This document shows, piece after piece, positions 11,501 to 23,500 of a stretch of 64,000 nucleotides of DNA. A program made the translations under genes and the position numbers. Position 1 is the stretch's first letter. Each line of letters opens with the position of its first letter. The notes beneath the pieces are model-generated. The model saw only the letters and a list, made by a program, of their open reading frames with translations. It did no database searches and was not told the origin of the DNA. The stretch comes from an uncultured Christensenella sp. (lineage in GTDB: Bacteria > Bacillota > Clostridia > Christensenellales > UBA1242): positions 64,295-128,294 of the forward strand of contig CATKZB010000002.1 of NCBI GenBank assembly GCA_949841595.1. The letters run 5' to 3'.

Positions 11501-14500
11501 CAGCAGCATAAATTGATTTTCTTCTTTCTTTTAAGCCAGAATATTTAACCGAAACATCCACTATATCTTTACAATCAAGATCCTCTTTTTTATCTTTATT
11601 TTCTTCTGTTACAAAATTCTTAGGAACATCATATGATCCATTATAAACATTTGCAATTCTGCTAATATTTTCTGAAATAAAATGATTATTTGTTTTCTCA
11701 GAAACTGCAGATGCTGAAGAATTTGTTATATTAAATCTTCTGATTTGTGTGTTTGAATAACAATCAACAATGCTTGAATTTTCCCCTATTGCTTGAGCAA
11801 AAGTATAAACTTGATTATCTGAATAAGTTGTGATCATTCCAGACGAGTAGGTGTTTTTAATTGTTGCATTATTCTCTTTTAAGTTTGCAATTCCTGAAAC
11901 AAAACCATTTGCAGTTCCACGATAAGAAATTTCTGCATCGACATAACATTCGTCAATGAAGCCATATTCCAACATTCCAGCAATTCCACCAAGTCTCACA
12001 TCTCCAGTGTTTCCAACAGAAAGATCACCTTTCACGCCCACAGCATAGATGAAAGAGTTTCCCGTTACATTTCCGGCAACACCACCGTAACCATATCCAG
12101 AGTCCATATCAGCCATAACATCTAGATCCACAAGAAGGCTTGTTATCGCATTAAAGTTTGGAATATTTTCTTCTGATGGCTTAGTTGTAGCTGTATTAAA
12201 TTGTGTTCCCATGGAATTTACAATTGCACCAGCACGTGCCGTATAATCCGTCTTAACATCTTTTCTTGTCAAAGTGTGTCCATTGCCAACAAAAACAGTG
12301 TTTGTGAAATTGTCAGCAATAGGATTTTCTGTAGTTATATCTTCAGTAAGTGAAATCCATTTTATGTTATTGAAATTTCCAGTGATGTCAACTTTATTTT
12401 CTCCATCATCCAATGATTTGTCTGCATCTTTTGATGCCCAAGCATAAGGTTTAAGTTTATGACCTTCTGCAAAGCTGTTTAATGTCACATATTTCCCAGC
12501 ATGAGACAAGATATCTCCACCCATTGGAAGAGAAACAGATGTTTGATCTTCTCCTTTGTCAACAATTGAAGTGTAACCCAAGAAATCAGTTCGGTTTTCA
12601 TTATAACCCAAATCTTGATTGCCAGTCTGCTCTTGATAAGCTAGACAAACGCCAGAAGAATAATAGTTGCTTTCATACTTCACAGCGTCAGCATTTCTTC
12701 CGACAATTGCTCCAACTTGTCCAATGCTTTCCATTTCATTTGGAAGTCTGTTATTGAAGTTTGTCATCATAGAGACGCAGTTGTTTACATTGATGTAAGC
12801 ACCCACGCCTACAATTCCACCAAAACTATATTGGTCAAGTTTTTGATTAATATAAACTCCAGTCTTATCATCTCCCTTATATGGCAAATAATTTACAAAC
12901 ACATCTCCATAAGCAAAGCTGTTTGAAATTGAATATGCTCTTGTAGTTTCAGATGGTTCTGTTGCTCCATTAATATCAAATTCACCAACAATTCCACCGA
13001 CTGAAATTTTTCCAAGGCTATCTTTGTCGCCAAAAGATTTAAGTGCCCCACCATAAACAACATTTGAAATGTTAATGCGCTTGCTTGAGTCAGTGTAATC
13101 TTTTCTTCCAACAAATCCTATTGCACCACCAAACTTAAGCGACTTAACATCACTCAAAACGATGCCTGTGACATTGACTCCTGCCAAATTGCTAGACAAA
13201 TTTGCTGTTTGTGTATTGTCTGAAGCTTCAGAGAAGCCAGCCACTTGTCCAATAACTCCACCAAGATAAGCATTGTCACCTTTGACAGCAATATTCAAAG
13301 TGTTTTGACTGTTAGTTGCGTTAATTGCAAATGTGCCAGTTGTTTTTCCAATCATTCCACCAACTGAAACAGTTTTCATTGGTTCTGTAACAGGATTAGC
13401 TTTTGCAGTGGCAGTTGAATCTGTGCCCACTTGAACATCAATAACTCCTGAAATGTCACAAGCACCAGAAACAGAAACACCACCAGAAACACTTCCAAAC
13501 AATCCACCCAATGCATTGTCAGAACCACTGGAAATTGTGTAAGGACTTAAAGCATAACTATAACTATTTTCATCAAAGATGTTGACAATTTTTCCATCGA
13601 CTTCTTTTGTATATGAATGTTCCAAATTATTATTCTCTTCGAGTTTTCCAACTTTCAAATCTACAGAAACATTTCTCACAGAAGCACTCGAACTCAATTC
13701 ACCTGCAATTCCACCAATCTTAGCTTCTTCTGTTGAAGCCTTGGAAGCTTGATAAATTTTTCCAAAAAGTTTTTTAGCTTTTGAATTTGTTGTTGAAAAG
13801 TAAGAACTTTCCATTTTTCCGAAAACCAAGCCAGCTCTCAACTTTTTCAAAGAAGAGTTTTGTGAAATCAAAATCCCATCTTCTTTGTCAGTTTCGTTTT
13901 CTTTGAATGAGAAATCCATGCTATCAACAGAGTTGACAGCCCCAACATATCCTCCAACATTAACTTCATTGCCTTTGCTAACTCCCAAATCAATTTCAAC
14001 ATTGTTTAGTGTTGCCATTGACATAGAAATTCTTGCTGGAGTTCCACTGCCTTTCAAAATCGCACCTGCATAAAGTCCGACATTCATTGTGTTGTAATTG
14101 CTGTTCTCCTTAGATGAAAACTTGACAATGATTTTGTCAGCAGAATTATCTGTCGCCTCACGAACTAAATCGAGATTTTGCACACTGATTGATGTGTAAC
14201 CACTTTCTTGTCTGACATAACCAGCCAAGATTCCCATATACACATTTGCATTCACATTGCTTTCTGTGTAATTCAATTGCAACGAAGCGTTTTCTCTTAA
14301 AACAACATCGGTATCTATCAATGATGTTGAATATGCATATGCAGAAATTAAACCTGCAGAATGCGCCGTTTCAGCATTTCTTGTGCTTAATTTTGTGTTG
14401 AGAACAGTTTCTTTGTTGAGAACAATTTTGGTTTTTCTGAAGGTTGCAAGATTTGTGTAACTCTCAACAATTCCTTCAAAGCCATCTCTTTCTTGATTGA

Positions 14501-17500
14501 TATAGAAAGTAATTCCTTCAACTTCTGCACCTGGTTCCAAAGTGCTGAAAAGTGGTTTATTTAAAATAATTCCCACTCTGTCGCCAACAGAACCACCATT
14601 TTCTTTTTCTTGACCTATGGTAACATTTCCTTCTGTATCTGTGTACATATAATCAGCATAAGAAACAAGATGTCCTCTAAATCCTTCAATAGTTGTTTTC
14701 AACTCATCAGTTTCAGGAAAGTTTGTTAAATCAATATCAGTGTAGTTGAAATCATTTTCAGAATTATTTACTTTTCCCCTAAGCACAACTGTAAGTCCAG
14801 AATTCTTCATAGCTTTCAAAACTTCTTCTGTGTTAAAGGCGTCCCAATACAGCACATTAAGTTTTGGCAAAAGTTCAATTTCTGGGAAGAGATTGTTTTG
14901 TTCGTGACTCCAGAACTCTTCACTCCAGCCGTTTGCCAAGAAATAACTATACATTCTTGCATAAGCTGCTTCAGGCGTAGACATAGATTTGCTGCCGATG
15001 TTTTCTGCCAGCAACAATCTTGCGTTGTTCACGTCATAATAAGTTGCATTTTCTTTGTCAAAGCCAAATGGATTAAGTTTCAATGAAACGTCGCCAACCT
15101 TAACTTGATTATAACCACCAACAGTCAACGAAGATGTGTCTCCACCAACTTTTTCTGAAGTTCTAACATTGAAATAGTTGTCGTCAGAGTCAATAAGGAG
15201 TAAATCGCTTATCAATCCATTAACTTCACCGGCTTTTGAATAGATATCTCCCACAAGCATGAAATGTCTGTCACTTAAATAAGAGTTGTCATTCAAAACT
15301 GCTTTGTCGCCAGCAAGTTTTGCACCATCGTAAGTATAATAATTGGTTGCCATAACGTTTTTTAAAGCTACGGCACTCATGTTGTTTTCATTTTTTTCAA
15401 CAGCACCGACGATTCCACCAGCAACACCAATTTTTCCGTCAACATAGACATCCCCAGAGGCATAAACGTCGTTGAGCAAAATGTTTACTTTTGGCGTTTT
15501 TGTAAGGAATGTCAAATCAAATTTATCTTCACTGTAACCAGCAAGACCAATTATTCCACCCACAGCTTTTGTTTTGTCTGAGTGAGAAATAACGTTGAGT
15601 TTGTTGTAACCTATATAGATGTAACCACCACCCATATAACCAACCAAACCACCCACAAACATAGGGTCATTTGTGTTTGTTGCAAAGCCTGCATCTTGAT
15701 TTGTGTAAGAGAAGATTGATTGTTGACCTTTTTCTGTGCTTAAAGTCCCATTGTAATATGTGTTTTCAGATCTTTCAATTGCCTGTTGCAATTCGTCTGT
15801 ATAACTTGCAGAAACAGCAAAAAGTCCACCATAATTTTCTCCAATCAAACCACCTGCATAAAGATTTTTTGAAGTTATGTAAGAAGGTTTTGAAAGACTC
15901 ATGTCAGCATCAAGTTTGATGTTGGCATCATATATCAAAGTTGAATTTCCAACATAGCCAAAAAGTCCACCAGCCACTTCACCATAAATGTTCACAGCAT
16001 CAGAAACATGCACAGTGACAATGTTGTAATCACTCACTTGAAGAGTGGTTGAATATTTCACATACTCAGAATTTAAGTCGTCATAAACATCAACATAACC
16101 TGCCACAGCTCCAGCATAAGAAAGTGTTGAAATCAGAGAGCTTAATGACACTCTGTCATCTGCCACTTGTCTCAATTTGTTTCCAACTTTTTGAGAATTT
16201 GAATATATATCTTTTGAGTTTGAATAATAAGAAGAATAGATGTCAATGTCCTTTACTGTTATGTCACTCAATCGGCTTTCACCAAACAACATACCCACAA
16301 CACCACCAACAATGTTGTTTCCATGCACAGCTGTGTTGTCTGTGTTTGTTTCACTGCTTACAGGAGAAAGTGTAACTGCCAAAATTCTTGTGTCGATTGC
16401 AGTTCCTGCCAATGTTCCCACAATGTTTGCTTGTGCATTATGTACAGAATCCACAATAAAATCCAAGTTCATAATAACGGCACCATCAAGTTTGGCAAAC
16501 AAGCCATAGTTTTCCAACTGCTTACTGCTTCCCAAATTTATATTTGATATTGTGAAGCCATTTCCATCAATAAGTCCTTCAAAAGTTTTTTCTGTTGTTG
16601 TAAGTTTAACAGAGTTGTCATTTTCAGAATTTTGATCAATTTCAGACATGTCAACATTGTTTACAAATCGATAATTTCCGAATACTTTTTTATCGTTATA
16701 ATAAACTTTGTAAGATGAAATTTCGTTTGTTGTCGCTTTGCCTGTCGCCATAGCAAAATCTCTTGCATTTCTGATTATGATAGGGTTGTTTTCTCCACCA
16801 TAAGACAAGTCAACCATAGCCATATTGTCGACATTTAAAATATTTCTGTTATAGAACAAACTTGTTATTCTTCCATTTGTCACTGCATAACGGTTTGAAA
16901 GAGCAATTTGATTTGCACTCACCAAAGAGATTCCATGACTTGTCATCATCCAAATTCCATCATAAGAATCTTCAGATGACGCAAAACTGAAACCATACAA
17001 TGTGTCTTGCTTGATTTCATGGATTGCCAAAGCACCTTTTGTAACTTTACTTTGATTTGTGTCGTCAACACGAGTTTCATTATAAAAGTAAGAAACACTT
17101 ATTTCACCATAATTCAAAGAATTTGCAAAATCGTCAACACCGGAAAAATGCATTTGGTTGATATCTGTTTTCAAAATTTCACAAGCAGAGAAACACAAAG
17201 ACACTTCTGCGCCTTCTCTGTTTATATAAACAAATCCTGCCACCATAGAGCTTTTTAAAGCCTTATTTTCAATGGCAATATTCGAATAAGAATTTTTAAC
17301 AAGTTTGCTGTTTTCATAAACGAAACCAGAAACCACACCCAATGATGAGATGTTTGAAAGATTGTTATAAACTTCTTCGTCATCGTTTGAACGCATTCCT
17401 TCAACAAAACTATTTTGAATGTTGTTGGAATTTCTTAAAACAAAACCTGATGTCAGAGAAACATTTGAGTTCATTCTGTTGTAAATCTGAACATTTTTTG

Positions 17501-20500
17501 CAAATGACGCACTGATATATCCAGTCGATTCGTTTGCAATAACAAAACCAGCAACTTCAACTTGCCCATCAATGACAAATTTTCCAAGCGTTTGAGAACT
17601 AATGTAATTAACACCTGCAATATCAACAATGTGTTTGAAATCAGTTCCACCAACACGGCTGTTCATAACAGAAGAATTGTTTGTTATCACAAAACCAGCG
17701 ATTGAGCTTTCAATTCCCATTGCAGAAGTAAGTTCAATTGGGTCTGAATTAGAACCTTTTGTATATTTAACAACCAATCCATTATCACCCGATACAGTAT
17801 GTTTTTGATAACTCGAATCATAGTATGAAACCACTTCACAGTTGTAAATAACTCCATTATTTGTTATTGCAAAGCCTGCAACATTGATGTCTTTATATTG
17901 ATCAATATTTGCTGTGATTTGTCCACCATTATAAACATTCACTCTCACATTTTTAAGTGTTGTATCAGCACTCACCGTGTTAAACAAAGCCAAATTCAAT
18001 GCACTTCCTGTTGGCATTGCAAAGCTGTTTAAATGAATTGTAAAGCCGTTTCCATCCAAACTTTTAATCAAATCCGTGTCAATTGGTGTGTAATCTTCAA
18101 GCACAATGTCATTCATCAAAATGTAATCGTCTGGTTCAACAGATTTCGTTGTCAAATCAATGAATTCTTGTGCAGAAGAAATCTGAGTTGGAGTCTCTTC
18201 ATCTGACCATATCTCAACTGCAATCAAGAAATAATAATCATAAACAAATTCAATTCCTTGATATACCACTGTTGTTTGCAATTTCATTAATTGAACACCA
18301 CTGCGTTTTCCAGTTATTGTCAAACAGCCTGCATATTGACCAACCTCATGTTCATCAAAGTCGAACAAATCATTAGTAAGGAATGTCTGATAATTTTCGT
18401 TGTAGATTGCAGTCGAATTGCTTTCACTTGCAGCATACCAAAGTTGTTGTTTCAATGAAAGTTCATGATATCTTCCGTCGTTTTCATTTAATCTATAGTT
18501 GATATAATATCCAACTTCATCATCTTTGTAATTATTTTTCAATGCAAATTGATTTCTCTTTGCCATCAATTGTTCAACTGCTTCCACTTCACTTAAGTTG
18601 TTTGAATCATAAACATAATTTTCTGGATTCATTGAATAATTGAAGTTGAGAATTGAAGTTTCATTTAAATATGAATAATAAACATCATAAGTCTTTCCAT
18701 TATAAGTTCTTGTTGCGCCACTTCCTCTAACTGATGTTTCGTTGGCATTTATTGAGAAATCCACCAAGCACAATGTTGCACGGCTAACTTTAATTTCCTG
18801 AACATTATTTAAAGTTCTTTCCACAGAAGCACAAACATAGAAAATTCCACTAGATTTTCCACCATCCAATGTTGCATCAACATAAGCTGTTATGTTTGCT
18901 GTGTAAACTTTGTAATTGTTGAAAATTTCAACTGTTGCTGTCGAAAGAGAAATGTTTGCTCCGTTATTTTGCAAATAAAGTTCATAAAGATTTTGGTCAA
19001 GTGACAAAGTCACTGTGACTTCTGCAGTTTCCCCTTTTGAAAGCACATATGTTGACGACCCATTTACTTTTATGTTGGCTTCTTGCAAATAATCAACAGC
19101 CAAATTATGTGTTCCTGAAATAAGAATTTCCTCTCCATCATAATATGTCAAAGTTAATTTCAAACCACTTGTTGAAGTAAATGCACTTGAAATGTAAAGT
19201 CTGAAATAGAACACTCCTGTTCCAGTTCTATCATTTTCTGTAAGATTGACTCTGATTCCATTTTCAATCAAAGAAGTTGAAGCTGGGTTCACAAAATAAC
19301 CAAAGCTTGAATTGTAAGACAATCTTGAAAGATTTACAGTTCCAACATTTCCTGTCCCCGTTGTCGAATAAGTCAAAGTGAAGTGAGTCATTTTTGCATA
19401 AGCTGGACTAACAGTAACTGCAACAACAGCATCTGATGAAGGTGCTAATGTGTTTGTGATCTCATCCGAAGGATTGATATAAAGCACTGAATTTCTGATC
19501 TGTCTGTTTGCAACATTATAAGTTGAAATGCTTATATCTTCAACATCTTGCGTTTCAACATAAATTCCAATAATTTTTTGATATATTTGATTGCTTATTT
19601 GACTTAAAGCATTAACCGACAAAACTAAATTGTCATAATTCTTATCCAAAAGATGTTTTTGACTATCTTTAATTTTTACCAAAACATTAAAGCGATAATC
19701 TTTTTCTCCCAAAAATTTCTTTGTCCAAGAAACTTCCAAAGTAAGTTTGCTGTCAACAACAAAACTTATGTTATTTGCACCAACAACATCAAATGGCAAA
19801 TCAATTTCACCATATTTAAGTCCAAAAACAAGATCATCTTCAACATTGTCTGTTGTCATTGACACATCAAAAACAGCATATTGAGAAGGTTTAACAACCA
19901 AATTGTTTGCATTGTTAATTGCAAGAGCTGTTGCACCATTATACACTGAAACATCAAAGTTACGTGCAAACTGATTTTTGATTGCATCTGCAAAGACTTG
20001 ATTTTCAATGCTTAGAGCTGAAACAAAAGTTTCTAATTTTGTGACAGCATTGTTGTTGTGGCTGTTTTTGCCTTGAACAACAAGCGAATTGTTGCTTCTT
20101 GAAACTGCAATATAATTGTTTCCTTCAACATTTGTGTTGTCAGCCAAGTTAAATCCGATGGTATAATCATCTCTTTCCAATGCATATGGCACAACATTGT
20201 TTCCAAGGAAAACAGAGTTGTTGAAATTGTAAGTTACATTTCTTGACTTTCCAGACTGAATTAAAATAATTTGATTATCTTTCAATTCAACACCATTTAA
20301 AGTTGTGGAAAGTTTTGGCAAACGATTCAGCACAATGAAACTAAAAGTTTTGAATTCTGTAAAATTCATTTTTGAATGCACTTTAATGTCAAAAACTTCA
20401 GTTGTTTTGCTTAATATTTTTATTGAATTGGCAGAAATCGAAATTGACTTACTGTCACTTGTCAAAAGCAAGCTTCTTGCTTCTTTTGGTTGAATTCCAA

Positions 20501-23500
20501 ACAATTCTGCAACAGAGATGGTGTTCAAAGAATCCAAATTAGCTTTTTCAACAGCATCAGAAACATTTGTTTGAGTTTTATAAACAAACAAAACACCTTT
20601 ATCTTGATCTACTTTCAATGATTTAAGTGGATCAAGGTTGTCATTAACCTCAACACTTGATAAATCAACAGAAGCACTTTGGACAGTGTTTTTCAAATAC
20701 ATAAATCCAAAATTGTTTTTCACTTCAATGTTTTCTGTTTCCCAAATTGAGTTATTTAAACTTGAAATCAAATTTTGCCATTTTTGGCTTCCATTTTGAT
20801 TTGTTGAATTTGGAATATCTTCACTTCTAAGCAAATCTGCATCAGAAATTTGACCTCCAAAATAAACATCATTTACAAATGCAAATTGAGCATTTTTGAA
20901 AATTCTTGTTCGGATTTCTCCGTTCAAGTAATATGTCATATAGCAGTTTTCAAAAATTGCCAATGTGTTGTTTGTGCTTGAATTCAAAGGAGAATTTAAA
21001 TCCCCAACAAAACCAAAACTCTCAACAAATCTTGCACCATCGGCATGGCTTCCTGCAAAAACACCTTTCGCAAAGTTGCCATTTGAGATAACTGTTTCAC
21101 AATTTGAATCTTCGTTGGTCAAAGAATATGCATAAACATATGTTCTTTCAACAACACTGCTTGCACCAGTAAAACCTACGATTCCTCCAACAGTTCCACC
21201 GGCAATAATTTTGTTGCTATATTTATTTCCATCTTGAGCTGCAAAATTATAGAACTCAAAACCTGATTCTGAAATTTTTCCAAAGTTTTGTCCAACAATT
21301 CCTCCAACAAAAGACGCATGTTCTGCATTTATGGACGCACCATAAATTTTTACATTCTCAATTTGTCCATTATTTATTCCAGCCACAGCACCAACGGCTG
21401 AAGTTGCATCAGAATATATTTCACTGCTCTTATATTCGCCGTCTTTGTAATAAACATCAACAGCACAGTTTGATATTAAGCCATTGTTTGTGTTGGCAAC
21501 AAAACCTCCAGCGAGACCATTAACAGAATTTGCTTGTCCTGCAAAAATCAAGTCTTTCACAGTTCCGTTCAATTGATTGACAAAGTTTTCGCTGTTATTT
21601 TCAAATGTCAAAGCGATTGATTCATCTTTACCGAAAATCATTCCACTGAAAGTGTCATAAGCTTTCCAATTGTTGAATGTGACATTGTTCATGATTTTAT
21701 AGTATTTTGCAAAGTCAATTTGTTCCAAATCACCTTGATTATAAACTCTAATAGCTGTACCTTCGCTACTTCCATCTGCAATTGTAACTAAAATTCTTAA
21801 GATGATGTCTTTATAATAAATCTTTTCTCCGTCATTATTTAAGAAATAATTTGAAATGCTTTCACTTCCATTGATAATTTCATCAAATCTTGCATTCCAC
21901 TCGGCATTTGACAACCTAATGTAAATCGGTGTCTCAATTGTCTTTCCAAATTCGTCAACATCATATTTATACACCAAAACCTGTCTAACACCATCAACCA
22001 TTTTGATCATATCTTTTGGCAACAAATATAAATAACCATAACCTCCTTTAGATGTGTTTATGCTAAGGTTGAAAGTTTGTCCAACTTGAGAAGTTGTTAT
22101 CGACAAATCATTTGAAGATCCATCAATTGCAAAGTAAGAATAATCAAGTCCCAAATCGTTTGCTTCACTTGGCATAACAGAAGTTGAAATTGTGAAATTT
22201 CTTTCACTAGACACAGATGTCGTCAAATTGAGATAAATTTCATTATCCAAAGTCTTGTTCAGCCATTCAACACTTTCCACTCTTCTGACATTTCTGATTT
22301 CAATTTGAATTTCAGTTTCTCTTTTTATTCCATTTTCGTCCAAATATGTCACAGACAGAATATCTCTAACAGAAGTTTGAAGATTGGTAGAATTTGCTGT
22401 TATTCTGAATTTCAAAAATCTTCCTTGATTTGCAAAAGACAAATCACTTAATGTGTAAAAACTGTTTTTCAATGTTGTTCCATCTTCTGAAGCATAAACA
22501 AAATCTTCTATGGCAGACTCAAAAGTGAAATTGGTCAAGATATTTGAATATGTTGGAACTTTTTCATCCGGTCTCATTGAAATTGTCACATCAATTCTTG
22601 ATTTGTTGATGTCACTAACACTCAAAGTTTCTGTTGTGTAGAGCAATGTTGTTTGTACATTTGAAGAGAGATATCTTGTTGAATAAAAACTTTCCAAAGC
22701 AAAGAATCTTGCAACTGTGATATTTTCGTGTTGTTCATTGAATCCACCAAACAAAACACAAACATAGCCTTTGAAAGCATTGTCAGTCAATGTCAAACGA
22801 GAATCTGTAAGTCTAAACAAGCTGTTATCTAGATTTTCAAAATAACGATAATATTCTGCAATCACAGTCAAATTATTTTCAGAATAAATTTGATTTGCAA
22901 TTCTGACAGCTTCTTGAGTATCTGTTATTCCATTTGTTATTTTGATCGCAGACACAAAATTTTCAAAAGAAAGATATCTGTAAACAACCCCCGTTTCAGA
23001 AAGAGTTGCATTTTGATAATCAGTGCTTAAAGGCAAACTTGTTCCTGCTTCCATCATCAATTTTGATAAAGACAAACTTTGTCTGTTTTCATCTGAAAGG
23101 ATTAATCCATCTTTGTTTACAAAAGTTTGCAAACTAGATTCATCTTTAAATACATCTGCTGAAGATTTGTCAGAATTTTGAATGCTTACAGATTGCATAG
23201 GAGCAAAAGCTTGAATTTCATATTCTTGTGATTTCTTTCCTGTCACATGTTCAAACCAAAATTTGGTGCTATCTGAAAAATTTGCACCATTTAAAGTTAC
23301 ACTAAATTTTGCAACAACAAAGTTTTCCCCTTCAAAATTTGATGAGACAAAAGCAAGTTCAGAAAAATCAAATCTTTGGTTGTCACTTGACACAAGATTC
23401 AAACCTGATAATGTGGTCATATCCTTGATCTTAACCACAAATTCCAAATTGCGAGCAGCTGTTATATTTGAAGACATATATGTAATTTTTGGTAAATCAT